Below, in pieces: positions 53,622 to 62,676 of a stretch of DNA of 64,000 bases. The DNA is from a virus. Its lineage: Duplodnaviria; Heunggongvirae; Uroviricota; Caudoviricetes. Under the pieces are notes generated by a model. It was not told the origin of the DNA, ran no database searches, and worked only from the letters and a program-made list of their open reading frames with translations. The stretch lies in the IMG/VR virus record IMGVR_UViG_3300042006_000037; one strand, 5' to 3'. The translations under genes were made by a program, and so were the position numbers. The first letter of the stretch is position 1, and each line of letters opens with the position of its first letter.

Positions 53622-55354
53622 TGTTGATTGAAGATAATGTCGGTGAAATGCAAGAAGAAGAGTTACAGAAGTTTGAGCAATTCAGTAAAGAGCGTAAAGA
53701 GTTACAAGCTAAAGGGTATCTACCTGATTGGTATACAACCCAAGGCTGGCAGATGTTCAAAGAGAAATATGCTTATGACGGTGAACAGGCTGTTCTAGGT
53801 CGTCACCGTAAGATTGCTAGCACACTGGCAAAGCATATGAAAGGTCGTGAAGCTGAATGGGAAGAGAAGTTCTTTCGTGAGCTTTGGGATGGTGTTCTGT
53901 CACCATCTTCACCTGCTCTGGCAAACACTGGTACTGATCGTGGTATGATGGTTGCTTGCTCAGGTCAAGTTGTTGGTGACAGCGTTGAAGACTTCTACAC
54001 AGGTATGACTGAGACAGCTCTGTTGTCTAAGCAAGGGTTTGGTACTAGCGCAAACTTTAGTAATATCCGACCACGTGGTTCTAAGATTTCCAAAGGTGGT
54101 AAAGCTAACGGTGCTGTACAGGTTATCAACCGTTACTTTGAAACCGTAGCTGACATTAGTCAAGGCGGTGCACGTCGCGGCTCGATTGGTGCATATCTTG
54201 ACATTGAGCATGGTGACTGGGATGAAGCATGTGATTCTCTGGCACACGATCACAACGGTAAGAACTATGGTTGGATCATCAAAGACACTTTCATTGAGCG
54301 TCTGAAGAACAATGATCCAGAAGCTAACCGTCGTTGGATCAAGGCTGTTTACACAAAGTTGATTACAGGTAAGGGTTACATCTTTAAAGTTGACTGTGCC
54401 AACCGTCACCGTCCTCAGATGTACGTAGACTGGAATCTGTTTATTGAGGCGTCCAACCTTTGCACAGAGATTATGCTTCACAGTTCGGAGATGTTGACTT
54501 ACTCGTGTATTCTTGCTTCAGAGAACTTGATTCATTGGGATACAATGCCAGAGCGTGAATCTGCTTTCATCGGAACAGTTTTTCTTGACTGTCTGTGTTC
54601 TGAATTCATTGAGAAGTCGGCTGGTATTGTTGGTCTGGAAAAGGTTCGTGAATTCACCATTCGTGGTCGAGCGATTGGTTTGGGTGTGATGGGTTTCCAC
54701 ACATATTTGCAGTCTAAGAACATTCCATACATTGGCTTGGAAGCTCAGTTCCTGAGTACAGCGATTGCTAAGCATTTGCATGATGAGTCACTTCGTGCTA
54801 GTAAGTGGTTAGCTGAAGAGTACGGTAGTCCAATGTGGTGTGAAGGCTACGGCGTTCGTAACACCCATCGAACCGCATACGCCCCTACAAAAACATCCAG
54901 TTTGTTGATGGGTGGTGTGAGTGAATCGTGGTTCCCTGATCCGGGCATGATCTTTGATGCTGGTTCCAGTGTTGGTGAGCTTCGTCGTATTCCACCAATG
55001 TTCTATCAGCTTATGAAAGACAAAGGTGTTTACACAGAAGAAACCGTGATGGACATCATCAACAACCTTGGTTCGGTTCAACATGTTGACTGGTTGAATA
55101 ATGATGAGAAACTGGTTTATCTCAATGCCTACGAGATGGATCAGTTGATTCTACTCCGACAGGCCAGCCAACGACAACGTTGGACTTGTCAAGGTCAGAG
55201 CCTGAATTTCTACGTACCAGAGGATGGTAGTGAGGATCTGATTGCAACCCTGTTGACCAAGCTGTTGTTGGATGACAATGTGATCAGTCAGTACTATATT
55301 TATTCACGGTCAGGTGTTGTTGTCAAGGATGAGTGCATTGCCTGTGCTGCTTAA
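53621..55354 (+). CDS. nrdA: ribonucleotide reductase class I large (alpha) subunit lacking N-terminal ATP cone, 577 aa
   Basis: Active-site signature SNLCTEI and C-terminal redox pair ...KDECIACAA. ATGA overlap with nrdB. Shorter than canonical NrdA. Confidence 0.75.
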   Translation: MLIEDNVGEMQEEELQKFEQFSKERKELQAKGYLPDWYTTQGWQMFKEKYAYDGEQAVLGRHRKIASTLAKHMKGREAEWEEKFFRELWDGVLSPSSPALANTGTDRGMMVACSGQVVGDSVEDFYTGMTETALLSKQGFGTSANFSNIRPRGSKISKGGKANGAVQVINRYFETVADISQGGARRGSIGAYLDIEHGDWDEACDSLAHDHNGKNYGWIIKDTFIERLKNNDPEANRRWIKAVYTKLITGKGYIFKVDCANRHRPQMYVDWNLFIEASNLCTEIMLHSSEMLTYSCILASENLIHWDTMPERESAFIGTVFLDCLCSEFIEKSAGIVGLEKVREFTIRGRAIGLGVMGFHTYLQSKNIPYIGLEAQFLSTAIAKHLHDESLRASKWLAEEYGSPMWCEGYGVRNTHRTAYAPTKTSSLLMGGVSESWFPDPGMIFDAGSSVGELRRIPPMFYQLMKDKGVYTEETVMDIINNLGSVQHVDWLNNDEKLVYLNAYEMDQLILLRQASQRQRWTCQGQSLNFYVPEDGSEDLIATLLTKLLLDDNVISQYYIYSRSGVVVKDECIACAA

Positions 55355-55363
55355 ATAAGAAAA

Positions 55364-55391
55364 TTGCCCTGCCTTGTGCGGGGCTTTTTCA
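55364..55391 (+). terminator. rho-independent terminator after nrdA
   Basis: GCCCTGC-cttgt-GCGGGGC followed by TTTTTC. Confidence 0.7.
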
Positions 55392-55550
55392 CATCTGGAG
55401 CTTGACAAAAGGCGACGAACGGTAGTAGACAGGGTGACATCACTAACCTATCATTTGCATAACACGGAAGGGGGAAAGGCAAAGAAGCCAAGCTGACGAG
55501 TAATTGCGAAAGCGTAATTTCTTACAATCCAGTTCTAGTGGTGGAATAAT

Positions 55551-55754
55551 ATGAGCAAAAACAAGGTGGTGAGTCGAGTCAGTGCAGTTGTGGGTAGTGA
55601 CATTCGTCACGTTTACACAGCCGACGGGGAACAACTGCTGGGGATGATCTTGAAGGTTGGACGTGGAAAATATCGCGTACTGCGTCAAGATGGTAAAGAA
55701 CGTACCAAAGACACGCTCAGCGATGCGTTCAAAACAATTCGTAGGGCAAACTGA
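55551..55754 (+). CDS. hypothetical basic protein, 67 aa
   Basis: ORF-track ORF. Confidence 0.4.
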   Translation: MSKNKVVSRVSAVVGSDIRHVYTADGEQLLGMILKVGRGKYRVLRQDGKERTKDTLSDAFKTIRRAN

Positions 55755-55771
55755 CATCAATAGGAGTATGC

Positions 55772-56050
55772 ATGAACGAAGCGTATGAAGTCGAGCTTTC
55801 TCAGATTAAGACAACCTTCTCTGCTTCACCAATCGACCTTGTTCTGGGAGTGGAACGACAAACCACTCTCAAGGTCGACGGGATAGAAAATATCCAAAGC
55901 TTCACAGATGTTGAATGGCAAGTGATTTATGCAAGAGCGTTGGTTGATGAGCGTTGGTTCTTTCTCCCTCAGACGCTCTACGATGAGATTGATGACCAGC
56001 ACGGTGACCTGATTGGTGATCGTCTCTGGGAACTGACACAGAGCGTGTAA
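55772..56050 (+). CDS. hypothetical acidic protein, 92 aa
   Basis: ORF-track ORF. SD aggag. A terminator follows. Confidence 0.45.
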   Translation: MNEAYEVELSQIKTTFSASPIDLVLGVERQTTLKVDGIENIQSFTDVEWQVIYARALVDERWFFLPQTLYDEIDDQHGDLIGDRLWELTQSV

Positions 56051-56065
56051 CGAGCTTCAAGACAG

Positions 56066-56090
56066 AGCCTCACTTCGGTGGGGCTTTTTC
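56066..56090 (+). terminator. rho-independent terminator
   Basis: AGCCTCAC-ttcg-GTGGGGCT followed by TTTTTC. Confidence 0.6.
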
Positions 56091-56115
56091 ATGCCTGACT
56101 ATTTATAACCCGGTA

Positions 56116-56144
56116 TTTACTTTTAGCTGGATATGCGGTATAAT
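56116..56144 (+). promoter_or_regulatory. sigma70-like promoter (TTTACT-17-TATAAT)
   Basis: Perfect -10 TATAAT with a weaker -35, ~50 nt upstream of the beta-helix gene. Confidence 0.45.
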
Positions 56145-56192
56145 CACGATTAATATTGCTCTAAGGAATACTTCTCTAAAAGGAATAATCAG

Positions 56193-58022
56193 ATGAATAA
56201 AGATGAATTAGTAACAGTCGTAAGTAAGAATGGAGTTATTGGAGCAATCAAGGCTGGTGCTTTTGACTACGCTTTTGATGCAGAAGGTGCTGTTGACGCC
56301 CGTGTTGACACGCTGACAAGTGACCTTGCTGACCCTGACTTGGGTTCAGAACTGTTGGGCTTTAAACGTAAACCTCTGACCGAGGTACTTGATACAGTAA
56401 GTATGATGTTGTCAGGTTTGCAGGTCAACATTTGGGAATATCAACACGTAATCACCAATCGACCAACCATCGCTCCATCAACATGGGATTGGACTCCTGC
56501 TACAGCAGCAGCGTCCGCTTACCTTAAGTCAAAAGGTGGTGGTTGGATTCGATATCCAACAGGTAGCTACCCTCACACCAAAATGGTCAAGCAACACGGT
56601 GTGAGTTGGGTTGGTGATGGTTCTAGTGTTACTTACATTACAACCTTGGCTGTTGGAACAACAGGTCACTTCGGAATGATTGAAGTTGAACCGGGTGCTG
56701 TGTCATCGTCCCACATGATCGGTATGCACTTCATGGGTAGTGCTGTTGCGGGATTTGCACAAACAACAGTGAACGCTGAGCAATGGGGTATGTACGCCAA
56801 AGCACAATGGGATGCAACTTACCAACATGGTGGTCTTTGGTACTCTGAGTTTCGTGATGTTCGATTCTCTAACTTCAACAAAGGTGTTTGGACACGTGGT
56901 GGATACACCATCAACAACTACCAGCGTCCTATTCAGTTCCTGACATTCGACAAAGTATTCATCCAAGTTCCAACTGGTGGTGAAGCGCTCCGCATGACAG
57001 GTCAACATGGTCAGATTGAGTTCCGTGGTGGGTCTGCTGAAGGTCGTGATAGTGTTGTGGCAGGTATCTGTATTAACATTGGTATGGACCCAGAACCATC
57101 GACAATGGCTGACAACAGCAGTGGTCATGGTGAAAGTACATCTGACACCGCTGGTACAGGTAACGCTGTGCAGGCTCCATACAACGTCAACTTTGGTAAT
57201 GGTTTCTCTATTCAGAAATCTCGCAAAGGTATTGTAGCTAAGAACTGCCGTCAGGTATCTGTACAGGGTGCTTGGGTAGAAGACATTGCTGAGCTTATTG
57301 ACTTGTCTACCAATGCTCACTTGACCTTTGAGTCTAACCACTTGGCTAACGCTGCTGATGGTAGTGTTGGTGGTGTGGCTGGTACTGGTTACTTCTTTAA
57401 AATGAACACCAGTGCTGCATTGGAATTCAAATCGACTTCTGATGTTATTGGTATTGTTGATAACTACCTTGAACCAACTACAAACCTGAATAACATTCGA
57501 AGTCTGAAAGTGGAAGGTTTGGCGTATGGTGATACATACCAGAAATACAAGGCTGCTGGTTACAAAACCATGGTTCTTACCGGTGGTGATATTGATATAG
57601 GCGGGCATAAGTTCGTTGTTATTAACCCTGCACCGGGCGATCCTAGCCTGAAGTTAGCGACGTTGAAATCTCTGGTTGCTCCGGGTGAACGGGTTAGTAT
57701 TCGTGCACTTACTGGACCAATCACAGTGGTCAACACTGGTAACATCTCCATCAACGGTGAACCTGCTGTTTGTGTACCGTTGTCTGGTACATTGGTTCTT
57801 GAACGTGTTTATCAAGTAATTGGTAACGTAGAGTGGGTGTTTATTTCTGTAACCGAACACAGGGCTACAGCTGCTCCATCTGATGGTTTCTTCTACCCGT
57901 TAGATCACCGTATCTGGCGGCGTGGAATGGTTGCTGGCGGTCCAATGGGCTGGGTTGTTACCACTGCTGGATTGGCTGGCACGACTCTTGTAACCAAGGC
58001 AATGCCTAACCTTGCTGCATAA
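56193..58022 (+). CDS. right-handed beta-helix (pectate-lyase superfamily) protein: tailspike/depolymerase-like, 609 aa
   Basis: SAYLKSKGGGWIRYPTGSY resembles the pectate-lyase/tailspike N-cap. Gly/Asn/Val-rich repetitive beta-strand periodicity throughout. Own promoter and terminator, 40 kb from the tail module. Confidence 0.55.
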   Translation: MNKDELVTVVSKNGVIGAIKAGAFDYAFDAEGAVDARVDTLTSDLADPDLGSELLGFKRKPLTEVLDTVSMMLSGLQVNIWEYQHVITNRPTIAPSTWDWTPATAAASAYLKSKGGGWIRYPTGSYPHTKMVKQHGVSWVGDGSSVTYITTLAVGTTGHFGMIEVEPGAVSSSHMIGMHFMGSAVAGFAQTTVNAEQWGMYAKAQWDATYQHGGLWYSEFRDVRFSNFNKGVWTRGGYTINNYQRPIQFLTFDKVFIQVPTGGEALRMTGQHGQIEFRGGSAEGRDSVVAGICINIGMDPEPSTMADNSSGHGESTSDTAGTGNAVQAPYNVNFGNGFSIQKSRKGIVAKNCRQVSVQGAWVEDIAELIDLSTNAHLTFESNHLANAADGSVGGVAGTGYFFKMNTSAALEFKSTSDVIGIVDNYLEPTTNLNNIRSLKVEGLAYGDTYQKYKAAGYKTMVLTGGDIDIGGHKFVVINPAPGDPSLKLATLKSLVAPGERVSIRALTGPITVVNTGNISINGEPAVCVPLSGTLVLERVYQVIGNVEWVFISVTEHRATAAPSDGFFYPLDHRIWRRGMVAGGPMGWVVTTAGLAGTTLVTKAMPNLAA

Positions 58023-58027
58023 CTTAT

Positions 58028-58055
58028 AGCCCTGCTCACGCGGGGCTTTTTCATG
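58028..58055 (+). terminator. rho-independent terminator after the beta-helix gene
   Basis: AGCCCTGC-tcac-GCGGGGCT followed by TTTTC. Confidence 0.7.
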
Positions 58056-58069
58056 CCTGAAGAAAAGTG

Positions 58070-58097
58070 TTGACAGGGTGGACAAAGCTGCTAGACT
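58070..58097 (+). promoter_or_regulatory. sigma70 promoter (TTGACA-16-TAGACT)
   Basis: ttgacagggtggacaaagctgctagact, then SD caggag and the ATG at 58123. Confidence 0.55.
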
Positions 58098-58122
58098 GAG
58101 CACATCAAACAGGAGATACACC

Positions 58123-58383
58123 ATGCGACTCAATAAAAACGTTGAAGAATTGAACAAGAAATGTGAACTGCTCATGAGCTTGGGTTTTGAAATAAATCAT
58201 CGTGACTGTGACGTGTCGTTTGAAACGCTGAACGCTGACTTCGAAGGTTTTGACTTCTCAGCAACAGCGCCTGACGTACAGTCGATCATTTACACAGCGT
58301 TGATTCATGTGTATAATCTTGGTCTTACGAAAGGTAAAGAAATCGTGCAACATGACATCAAAGCAGCATTGGGGATTGAATAA
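58123..58383 (+). CDS. hypothetical protein, 86 aa
   Basis: ATG at M16 of listed ORF 58078..58383, with SD caggaga. Confidence 0.45.
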   Translation: MRLNKNVEELNKKCELLMSLGFEINHRDCDVSFETLNADFEGFDFSATAPDVQSIIYTALIHVYNLGLTKGKEIVQHDIKAALGIE

Positions 58384-58769
58384 TGAGCAGTAAAATTGAT
58401 TGCGGCGAATGCATGGGCACTGGTGGCATAGGTCAACTAGAGACGTGCAAGCACTGTAAAGGCACCGGAAAACTCGCCGCCCCTGTCGTCGAGCGCCAGC
58501 CTGCATTGTGGATAGATGCGGCATACCTGCGCGACCACAGTAACGAGTGCATTCCAGCATTCCGGGAACCGCCAAGCTGTGAACCAACAGCGCTTTACCG
58601 CGCCCCGCCCGAACTCGCCGAACTGCAAGCCGCCATCGCACGGCTGACGGTTGAACTGACTACTGCACGTCAAAAGATAACCGCAATGAATCATGACTTC
58701 GACGTGTGGGATGTTGACACGAAGGCGCTTAAAGCAGAGAACGAGCGGCTGAAGGGTTCGGACAAATGA
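58383..58769 (+). CDS. DnaJ-type zinc-finger (2x CxxCxGxG) + coiled-coil protein encoded on a GC-rich insert, 128 aa
   Basis: CGECMGTGG..CKHCKGTG repeats. Local GC is visibly ~58-60% versus ~44% background, with a different codon preference (GCC/CCG/CGC/CTG). Confidence 0.5.
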   Translation: MSSKIDCGECMGTGGIGQLETCKHCKGTGKLAAPVVERQPALWIDAAYLRDHSNECIPAFREPPSCEPTALYRAPPELAELQAAIARLTVELTTARQKITAMNHDFDVWDVDTKALKAENERLKGSDK

Positions 58770-58966
58770 TCGGTGTTGACCCGAAAGATGTGATAATTGA
58801 AGACCTGAAGCGTACACTCGGTAGTCTTGAACGCACGCTACGTGCTGCTGGTTCCTTTGACCCTCAGATCTATCACAATGGGCGAGATATCCAGTTAGCT
58901 TCTGAGTTTACAAAGATGGCAAATGCAGCACGGGCATCACTAGACTTTGCGGAGATGTTGAAATGA
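58766..58966 (+). CDS. hypothetical protein, 66 aa
   Basis: ORF-track ORF with ATGA overlap. Confidence 0.4.
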   Translation: MIGVDPKDVIIEDLKRTLGSLERTLRAAGSFDPQIYHNGRDIQLASEFTKMANAARASLDFAEMLK

Positions 58967-59187
58967 GTAAGAAGGCACAAATTAAGCGTAGCTGGATCGT
59001 CTATCCACCAAACTATATTCCGGGTGATGGGTATTTCAGTATCCCATTCCTGAAGAACGCTTGGAACAAAGCATGTGAGCTTGGTGAAGGTTCAGAGTTG
59101 TATGAAAGGGTTCACAAGAAATATCGAAATGGTGCAGCGTCATACTCCACTGGAACAATTTATACTGTTGTAAGGAAGAGAAAATGA
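58963..59187 (+). CDS. hypothetical protein, 74 aa
   Basis: ORF-track ORF. Confidence 0.4.
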   Translation: MSKKAQIKRSWIVYPPNYIPGDGYFSIPFLKNAWNKACELGEGSELYERVHKKYRNGAASYSTGTIYTVVRKRK

Positions 59188-59333
59188 AACACAACTGGGT
59201 AGCAAAACACATGAACAACTTCAACCGTGCGAGTGTCGAGCAAGACAAACGGGATAAGTATCTACAAGAAGCTTATGAAAAAGAAATGGAAGGTGAGTAC
59301 GAGGATGATCTAGACGATCACATCCCCGAATGA
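59184..59333 (+). CDS. hypothetical acidic protein, 49 aa (not in ORF track)
   Basis: ATGA overlaps. Translates MKHNWVAKHMNNFNRASVEQDKRDKYLQEAYEKEMEGEYEDDLDDHIPE. Confidence 0.35.
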   Translation: MKHNWVAKHMNNFNRASVEQDKRDKYLQEAYEKEMEGEYEDDLDDHIPE

Positions 59334-59692
59334 GAACAGTAACACTATACTCTGCTGAGCAACGGTTGGTACGTGTTTACGGTGGATTCATTCCATACCA
59401 TGTACGACAACCTATTAGGGCTTACAATTCACCAGACATCTTTGAGAAGGACACCATATCACATGTTCATCACCTTCCAGTTGAACGCTGGGTGTTTGAT
59501 GGTCGTGAGTTCTTCATCGCCCTTGACCCACAGCTACGGGACATTGTACATTCAATGATTACCACGTCTGAGAATGCTGTGCGTGATATCTGTCAAGTCA
59601 GGATCAATAAACTGAATGATGAGCTAAAGGTGTTGTGTTCACGAACCATCTGGGATATGATTAAGCTCAAGTTCAAAAGGAAGAAGAAATGA
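59330..59692 (+). CDS. hypothetical protein, 120 aa
   Basis: ORF-track ORF. Confidence 0.45.
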   Translation: MRTVTLYSAEQRLVRVYGGFIPYHVRQPIRAYNSPDIFEKDTISHVHHLPVERWVFDGREFFIALDPQLRDIVHSMITTSENAVRDICQVRINKLNDELKVLCSRTIWDMIKLKFKRKKK

Positions 59693-59880
59693 ATCAGCGT
59701 GAACAAGCCATTCTCGATTGCAAATATGCAGCGAGCTTGAGTGTAACCACTCTCATGATGCATATTGGAATCTGGACGCTTGACGTCTTGCGTCCAACAG
59801 ACTATGATGACATCGTGTACCAACAAACTATCATCGAAATCAAATCTAAATTAGGAACTGACCAATGTCTTCTAAAGTAA
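59689..59880 (+). CDS. hypothetical protein, 63 aa
   Basis: ORF-track ORF. Confidence 0.4.
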   Translation: MNQREQAILDCKYAASLSVTTLMMHIGIWTLDVLRPTDYDDIVYQQTIIEIKSKLGTDQCLLK

Positions 59881-60263
59881 TTGATGTTGATTTGGGTTTC
59901 ACACGGTCAAGTGATGGTAACTACTACATTCGTATTGGCTGTGAAACCAGTCGTACTAATTTCTGTGAACTCAAGCTGACTGCTGAGCAATTTGCTGAAG
60001 CTGTAACCGGTTTGCCTTCAAGTGGTATTCAAGCAACAGTAAATGGGTTGGATCGTGTTGGTAAGCAGCGTGTACGTGAGACACGAACTGTCGTGTGTCC
60101 GCTTAGTCGATACAATCAAGTGGACTTTACGCAATGGTTGGTTGAAAACTGTCAAGAGGAAGGTTGGACCATTGATACTTACCTCAATAGTCAACACTCC
60201 ATAAAATCGGTTGACGGTGGGACACGTCTCAATTATGCTGTATTCAAATTCGTAGACATCTGA
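59865..60263 (+). CDS. hypothetical protein, 132 aa
   Basis: ORF-track ORF. Confidence 0.45.
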   Translation: MSSKVIDVDLGFTRSSDGNYYIRIGCETSRTNFCELKLTAEQFAEAVTGLPSSGIQATVNGLDRVGKQRVRETRTVVCPLSRYNQVDFTQWLVENCQEEGWTIDTYLNSQHSIKSVDGGTRLNYAVFKFVDI

Positions 60264-60273
60264 GGATCACACC

Positions 60274-60450
60274 ATGCTTTTCGGTCACGCTGAGTTAATC
60301 AAGGTTGTCCTACAAGACTCTGGTTACACGTTTAGTAAGCGTGTCTCGGATGGTTGGTGGGTGATGTACGACAAAGGTGTTGAAGTGGGGCACAGTCGGT
60401 CATTGGGTGACCTGCTGAAGAAACAATCTAAAGAACTAGGAGTTTGGTAA
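60274..60450 (+). CDS. hypothetical protein, 58 aa (not in ORF track)
   Basis: Translates MLFGHAELIKVVLQDSGYTFSKRVSDGWWVMYDKGVEVGHSRSLGDLLKKQSKELGVW. Its stop is adjacent to the next ATG. Confidence 0.35.
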   Translation: MLFGHAELIKVVLQDSGYTFSKRVSDGWWVMYDKGVEVGHSRSLGDLLKKQSKELGVW

Positions 60451-60451
60451 C

Positions 60452-60853
60452 ATGGCAGCAAATAGAGATTTGGCGTTGCTTCGTGGGATTAGTGCAGAAG
60501 CGATTGCTGAGATTGACCTTATCCACGATCATCTTGAAGAACTGATTGATGGTTGCACTCTTGACCAAGATGCTTACGATGTGGCTTCACACATTCGTGA
60601 ACAAGAGTTTCTTCTGCAACATCTGTGGGGTTTCCCACAAGATAGCAGATATCACACATGGGTTACAAGGTTCCATAAGCGTCGTAGAGAGCTTCAATAC
60701 CTTGGGGTTGTGTATCGGTGTAAAGAGAGTGGTGAAAGCCTTGCAATCGACAAGGAAGCGCTTGATGGTGGTGCTTTGTTCGGTGTAGGTCGTGGTTTCA
60801 TCGACTTTGGTGACGTTGTTCGTATTGTTGGACCTTTGGAGAGAGTTAAGTGA
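60452..60853 (+). CDS. hypothetical protein, 133 aa
   Basis: ORF-track ORF. Confidence 0.45.
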   Translation: MAANRDLALLRGISAEAIAEIDLIHDHLEELIDGCTLDQDAYDVASHIREQEFLLQHLWGFPQDSRYHTWVTRFHKRRRELQYLGVVYRCKESGESLAIDKEALDGGALFGVGRGFIDFGDVVRIVGPLERVK

Positions 60854-61113
60854 TTAAATCAAGTATCGCAACCAAGCACCGTGAAGACGGATTTAAAATG
60901 GGTGACCTTGTTGGTCTTGATATGACCAAGTATACTGCTGATATGTTTTATATCGTACTTGTTGAATCAGTTGTTAACAAGACTACATTCACTGGTACTG
61001 TTGTACACATAAGTGAGAAGTCACCATATGACATTGGGACACATGTTACCTCGTTTAACATTGGTTGTTTCAAGAACTTTAACGGCGTACTTACATTGGA
61101 AACACTACAGTGA
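60850..61113 (+). CDS. hypothetical protein, 87 aa
   Basis: ORF-track ORF. Confidence 0.45.
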   Translation: MIKSSIATKHREDGFKMGDLVGLDMTKYTADMFYIVLVESVVNKTTFTGTVVHISEKSPYDIGTHVTSFNIGCFKNFNGVLTLETLQ

Positions 61114-61190
61114 AACGAGAACACAAATGGGCATTCCTTTGGCTTGAATACAGCCGTATTGGGTCAGTTGAACATCTTACACTATTTGGC

Positions 61191-61219
61191 TTGACAATCT
61201 ATCGACGTTCGGGTAGTAT
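61191..61219 (+). promoter_or_regulatory. sigma70 promoter (TTGACA-17-TAGTAT)
   Basis: ttgacaatctatcgacgttcgggtagtat. Confidence 0.55.
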
Positions 61220-61240
61220 CTGCCAACTGTTCGGATATGA

Positions 61241-61549
61241 GTGGATTCAGAAATGACATTGGATGATAAACTGATTTCTGCTGGGTTTATAACTATTGGT
61301 GATCGACTAAAGTGTGAAGGTCCAATCGATGGCATGGCTCGACATGCCGGTGTGAATACACTCGAAGACTTCGTTAAATGGATTGAGATGGTACGTCGTG
61401 AGAACATGGAGATGATTGCACGCAATGATCTTGGTATTCATAAACTATCTGATGATATTGCGGACTTCGTACTTGGTAAGAGTGCTATACTTTGGGAAGT
61501 TCATGTTAATCTACTACATGTATTGAAAGGAATGACCGATGGGAATTAA
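61241..61549 (+). CDS. hypothetical protein, 102 aa (alternative ATG at 61253)
   Basis: ORF-track ORF. The first codon is probably GTG. Confidence 0.4.
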   Translation: MDSEMTLDDKLISAGFITIGDRLKCEGPIDGMARHAGVNTLEDFVKWIEMVRRENMEMIARNDLGIHKLSDDIADFVLGKSAILWEVHVNLLHVLKGMTDGN

Positions 61550-61712
61550 TGAAGAGGAACTTGTTCAGTTCCTGCGTGACAATATAACTATTGAAATCAG
61601 CCGCGATCAAGGTTACTATAGCTATCCTCACCTTGAGGTTACGCTAAAGATTTGTGGTAAGGTGATCGACTCTTCTCAGTGCACAATTTATGACGGTGAA
61701 CAACATGGTTGA
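61539..61712 (+). CDS. hypothetical protein, 57 aa (not in ORF track)
   Basis: Translates MGINEEELVQFLRDNITIEISRDQGYYSYPHLEVTLKICGKVIDSSQCTIYDGEQHG. Overlapping start and stop. Confidence 0.35.
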   Translation: MGINEEELVQFLRDNITIEISRDQGYYSYPHLEVTLKICGKVIDSSQCTIYDGEQHG

Positions 61713-61974
61713 TACTTTTATTGAAGTAATTGAAAGCCTGTACCCAACACCAGAAGAGTACAGTGATAATGGTCGGTTCTTCTACTGGATGGACTATGCC
61801 TGTGAACTCGACATGTTGTTGTATCGTCCTGAGGATGGTGTAAATTCCTACATGCTCGAACGACTTCAAAAGTTGAAAAAGGATACAGCAGAGCACGACG
61901 CGCTTACCGATGTTGCATCAACATTAGAAGAAGTGTTACCATCAGTTTATAAAGGGGTATTTGTGTATGAGTGA
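61705..61974 (+). CDS. hypothetical acidic protein, 89 aa
   Basis: ATG at M6 of listed ORF 61690..61974. Confidence 0.4.
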   Translation: MVDTFIEVIESLYPTPEEYSDNGRFFYWMDYACELDMLLYRPEDGVNSYMLERLQKLKKDTAEHDALTDVASTLEEVLPSVYKGVFVYE

Positions 61975-62206
61975 AGCAGTGAACACTAACAATGAAACCA
62001 ACGTGATGTACAAGGTACGTATCTCTTATAAGAGTGGTTATGTCATTGAAGCATGGTTTGATAAGATGAACATCAAGTCCGCTGGTGGAGCGATTACCAG
62101 TGTTGAGTGGAAGGTTTCAGCATCTGAGAACATGAAGATCCTACACCTTGGACTTGATGAGATTGAATCTATTATTCAAATTGATGTTAAAGATAAAGCT
62201 GAATAA
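61961..62206 (+). CDS. hypothetical protein, 81 aa
   Basis: ORF-track ORF. Confidence 0.4.
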   Translation: MCMSEAVNTNNETNVMYKVRISYKSGYVIEAWFDKMNIKSAGGAITSVEWKVSASENMKILHLGLDEIESIIQIDVKDKAE

Positions 62207-62214
62207 ATAGTTAG

Positions 62215-62243
62215 TTGACACTCAGTTGTATACCAATTAATAT
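62215..62243 (+). promoter_or_regulatory. sigma70 promoter (TTGACA-17-TAATAT)
   Basis: ttgacactcagttgtataccaattaatat. Confidence 0.5.
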
Positions 62244-62281
62244 ACCCTCATTAAGTAATCAATACCAAGTAAGGAAAGACA

Positions 62282-62431
62282 ATGAATCAAGTAGTACGTT
62301 TCGAGAAGACCAAGCGCAAACTGGACTGGAAACAAGAGGAACAGTTGCACACTGGTAAGAAGCGGGACCAACAACGTCGGGATGATCGTAAGGTTGGTCG
62401 GCAAGTTAAAGCAATTGGTGAAGAAGAGTAA
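62282..62431 (+). CDS. small highly basic protein, 49 aa (not in ORF track)
   Basis: SD aaggaaag. Translates MNQVVRFEKTKRKLDWKQEEQLHTGKKRDQQRRDDRKVGRQVKAIGEEE. A terminator follows. Confidence 0.4.
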   Translation: MNQVVRFEKTKRKLDWKQEEQLHTGKKRDQQRRDDRKVGRQVKAIGEEE

Positions 62432-62446
62432 ACAAAAGATGTTGAA

Positions 62447-62477
62447 AGAGCCCGCCAGTTGAGCGGGTTTTCTTTTG
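62447..62477 (+). terminator. rho-independent terminator
   Basis: AGCCCGC-cagttga-GCGGGTT followed by TTCTTTTGT. Confidence 0.65.
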
Positions 62478-62676
62478 TCTGCAATTTAATTACTGAAGTG
62501 TGGAAGTTGGTGACCGTTAGTTGGAATAGTGAACCAAGTTTGGAATTTGATGGGATATTTAGGCTTTCTATTTTAACTCCAAAATTCCCACGGGGTGCCT
62601 TTTGGAATATTCAGAAATGTGTTTTCGATTTGGGGAAGTTGAGAAATTCACTGGCAGGAAATTCGAATCAGGAGGT

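Noticed and set aside
55404-55440. Possible promoter TTGACA-18-TAGACA after the nrdA terminator
   Set aside because: The -10 is poor and the spacing is long. Not listed as a feature.
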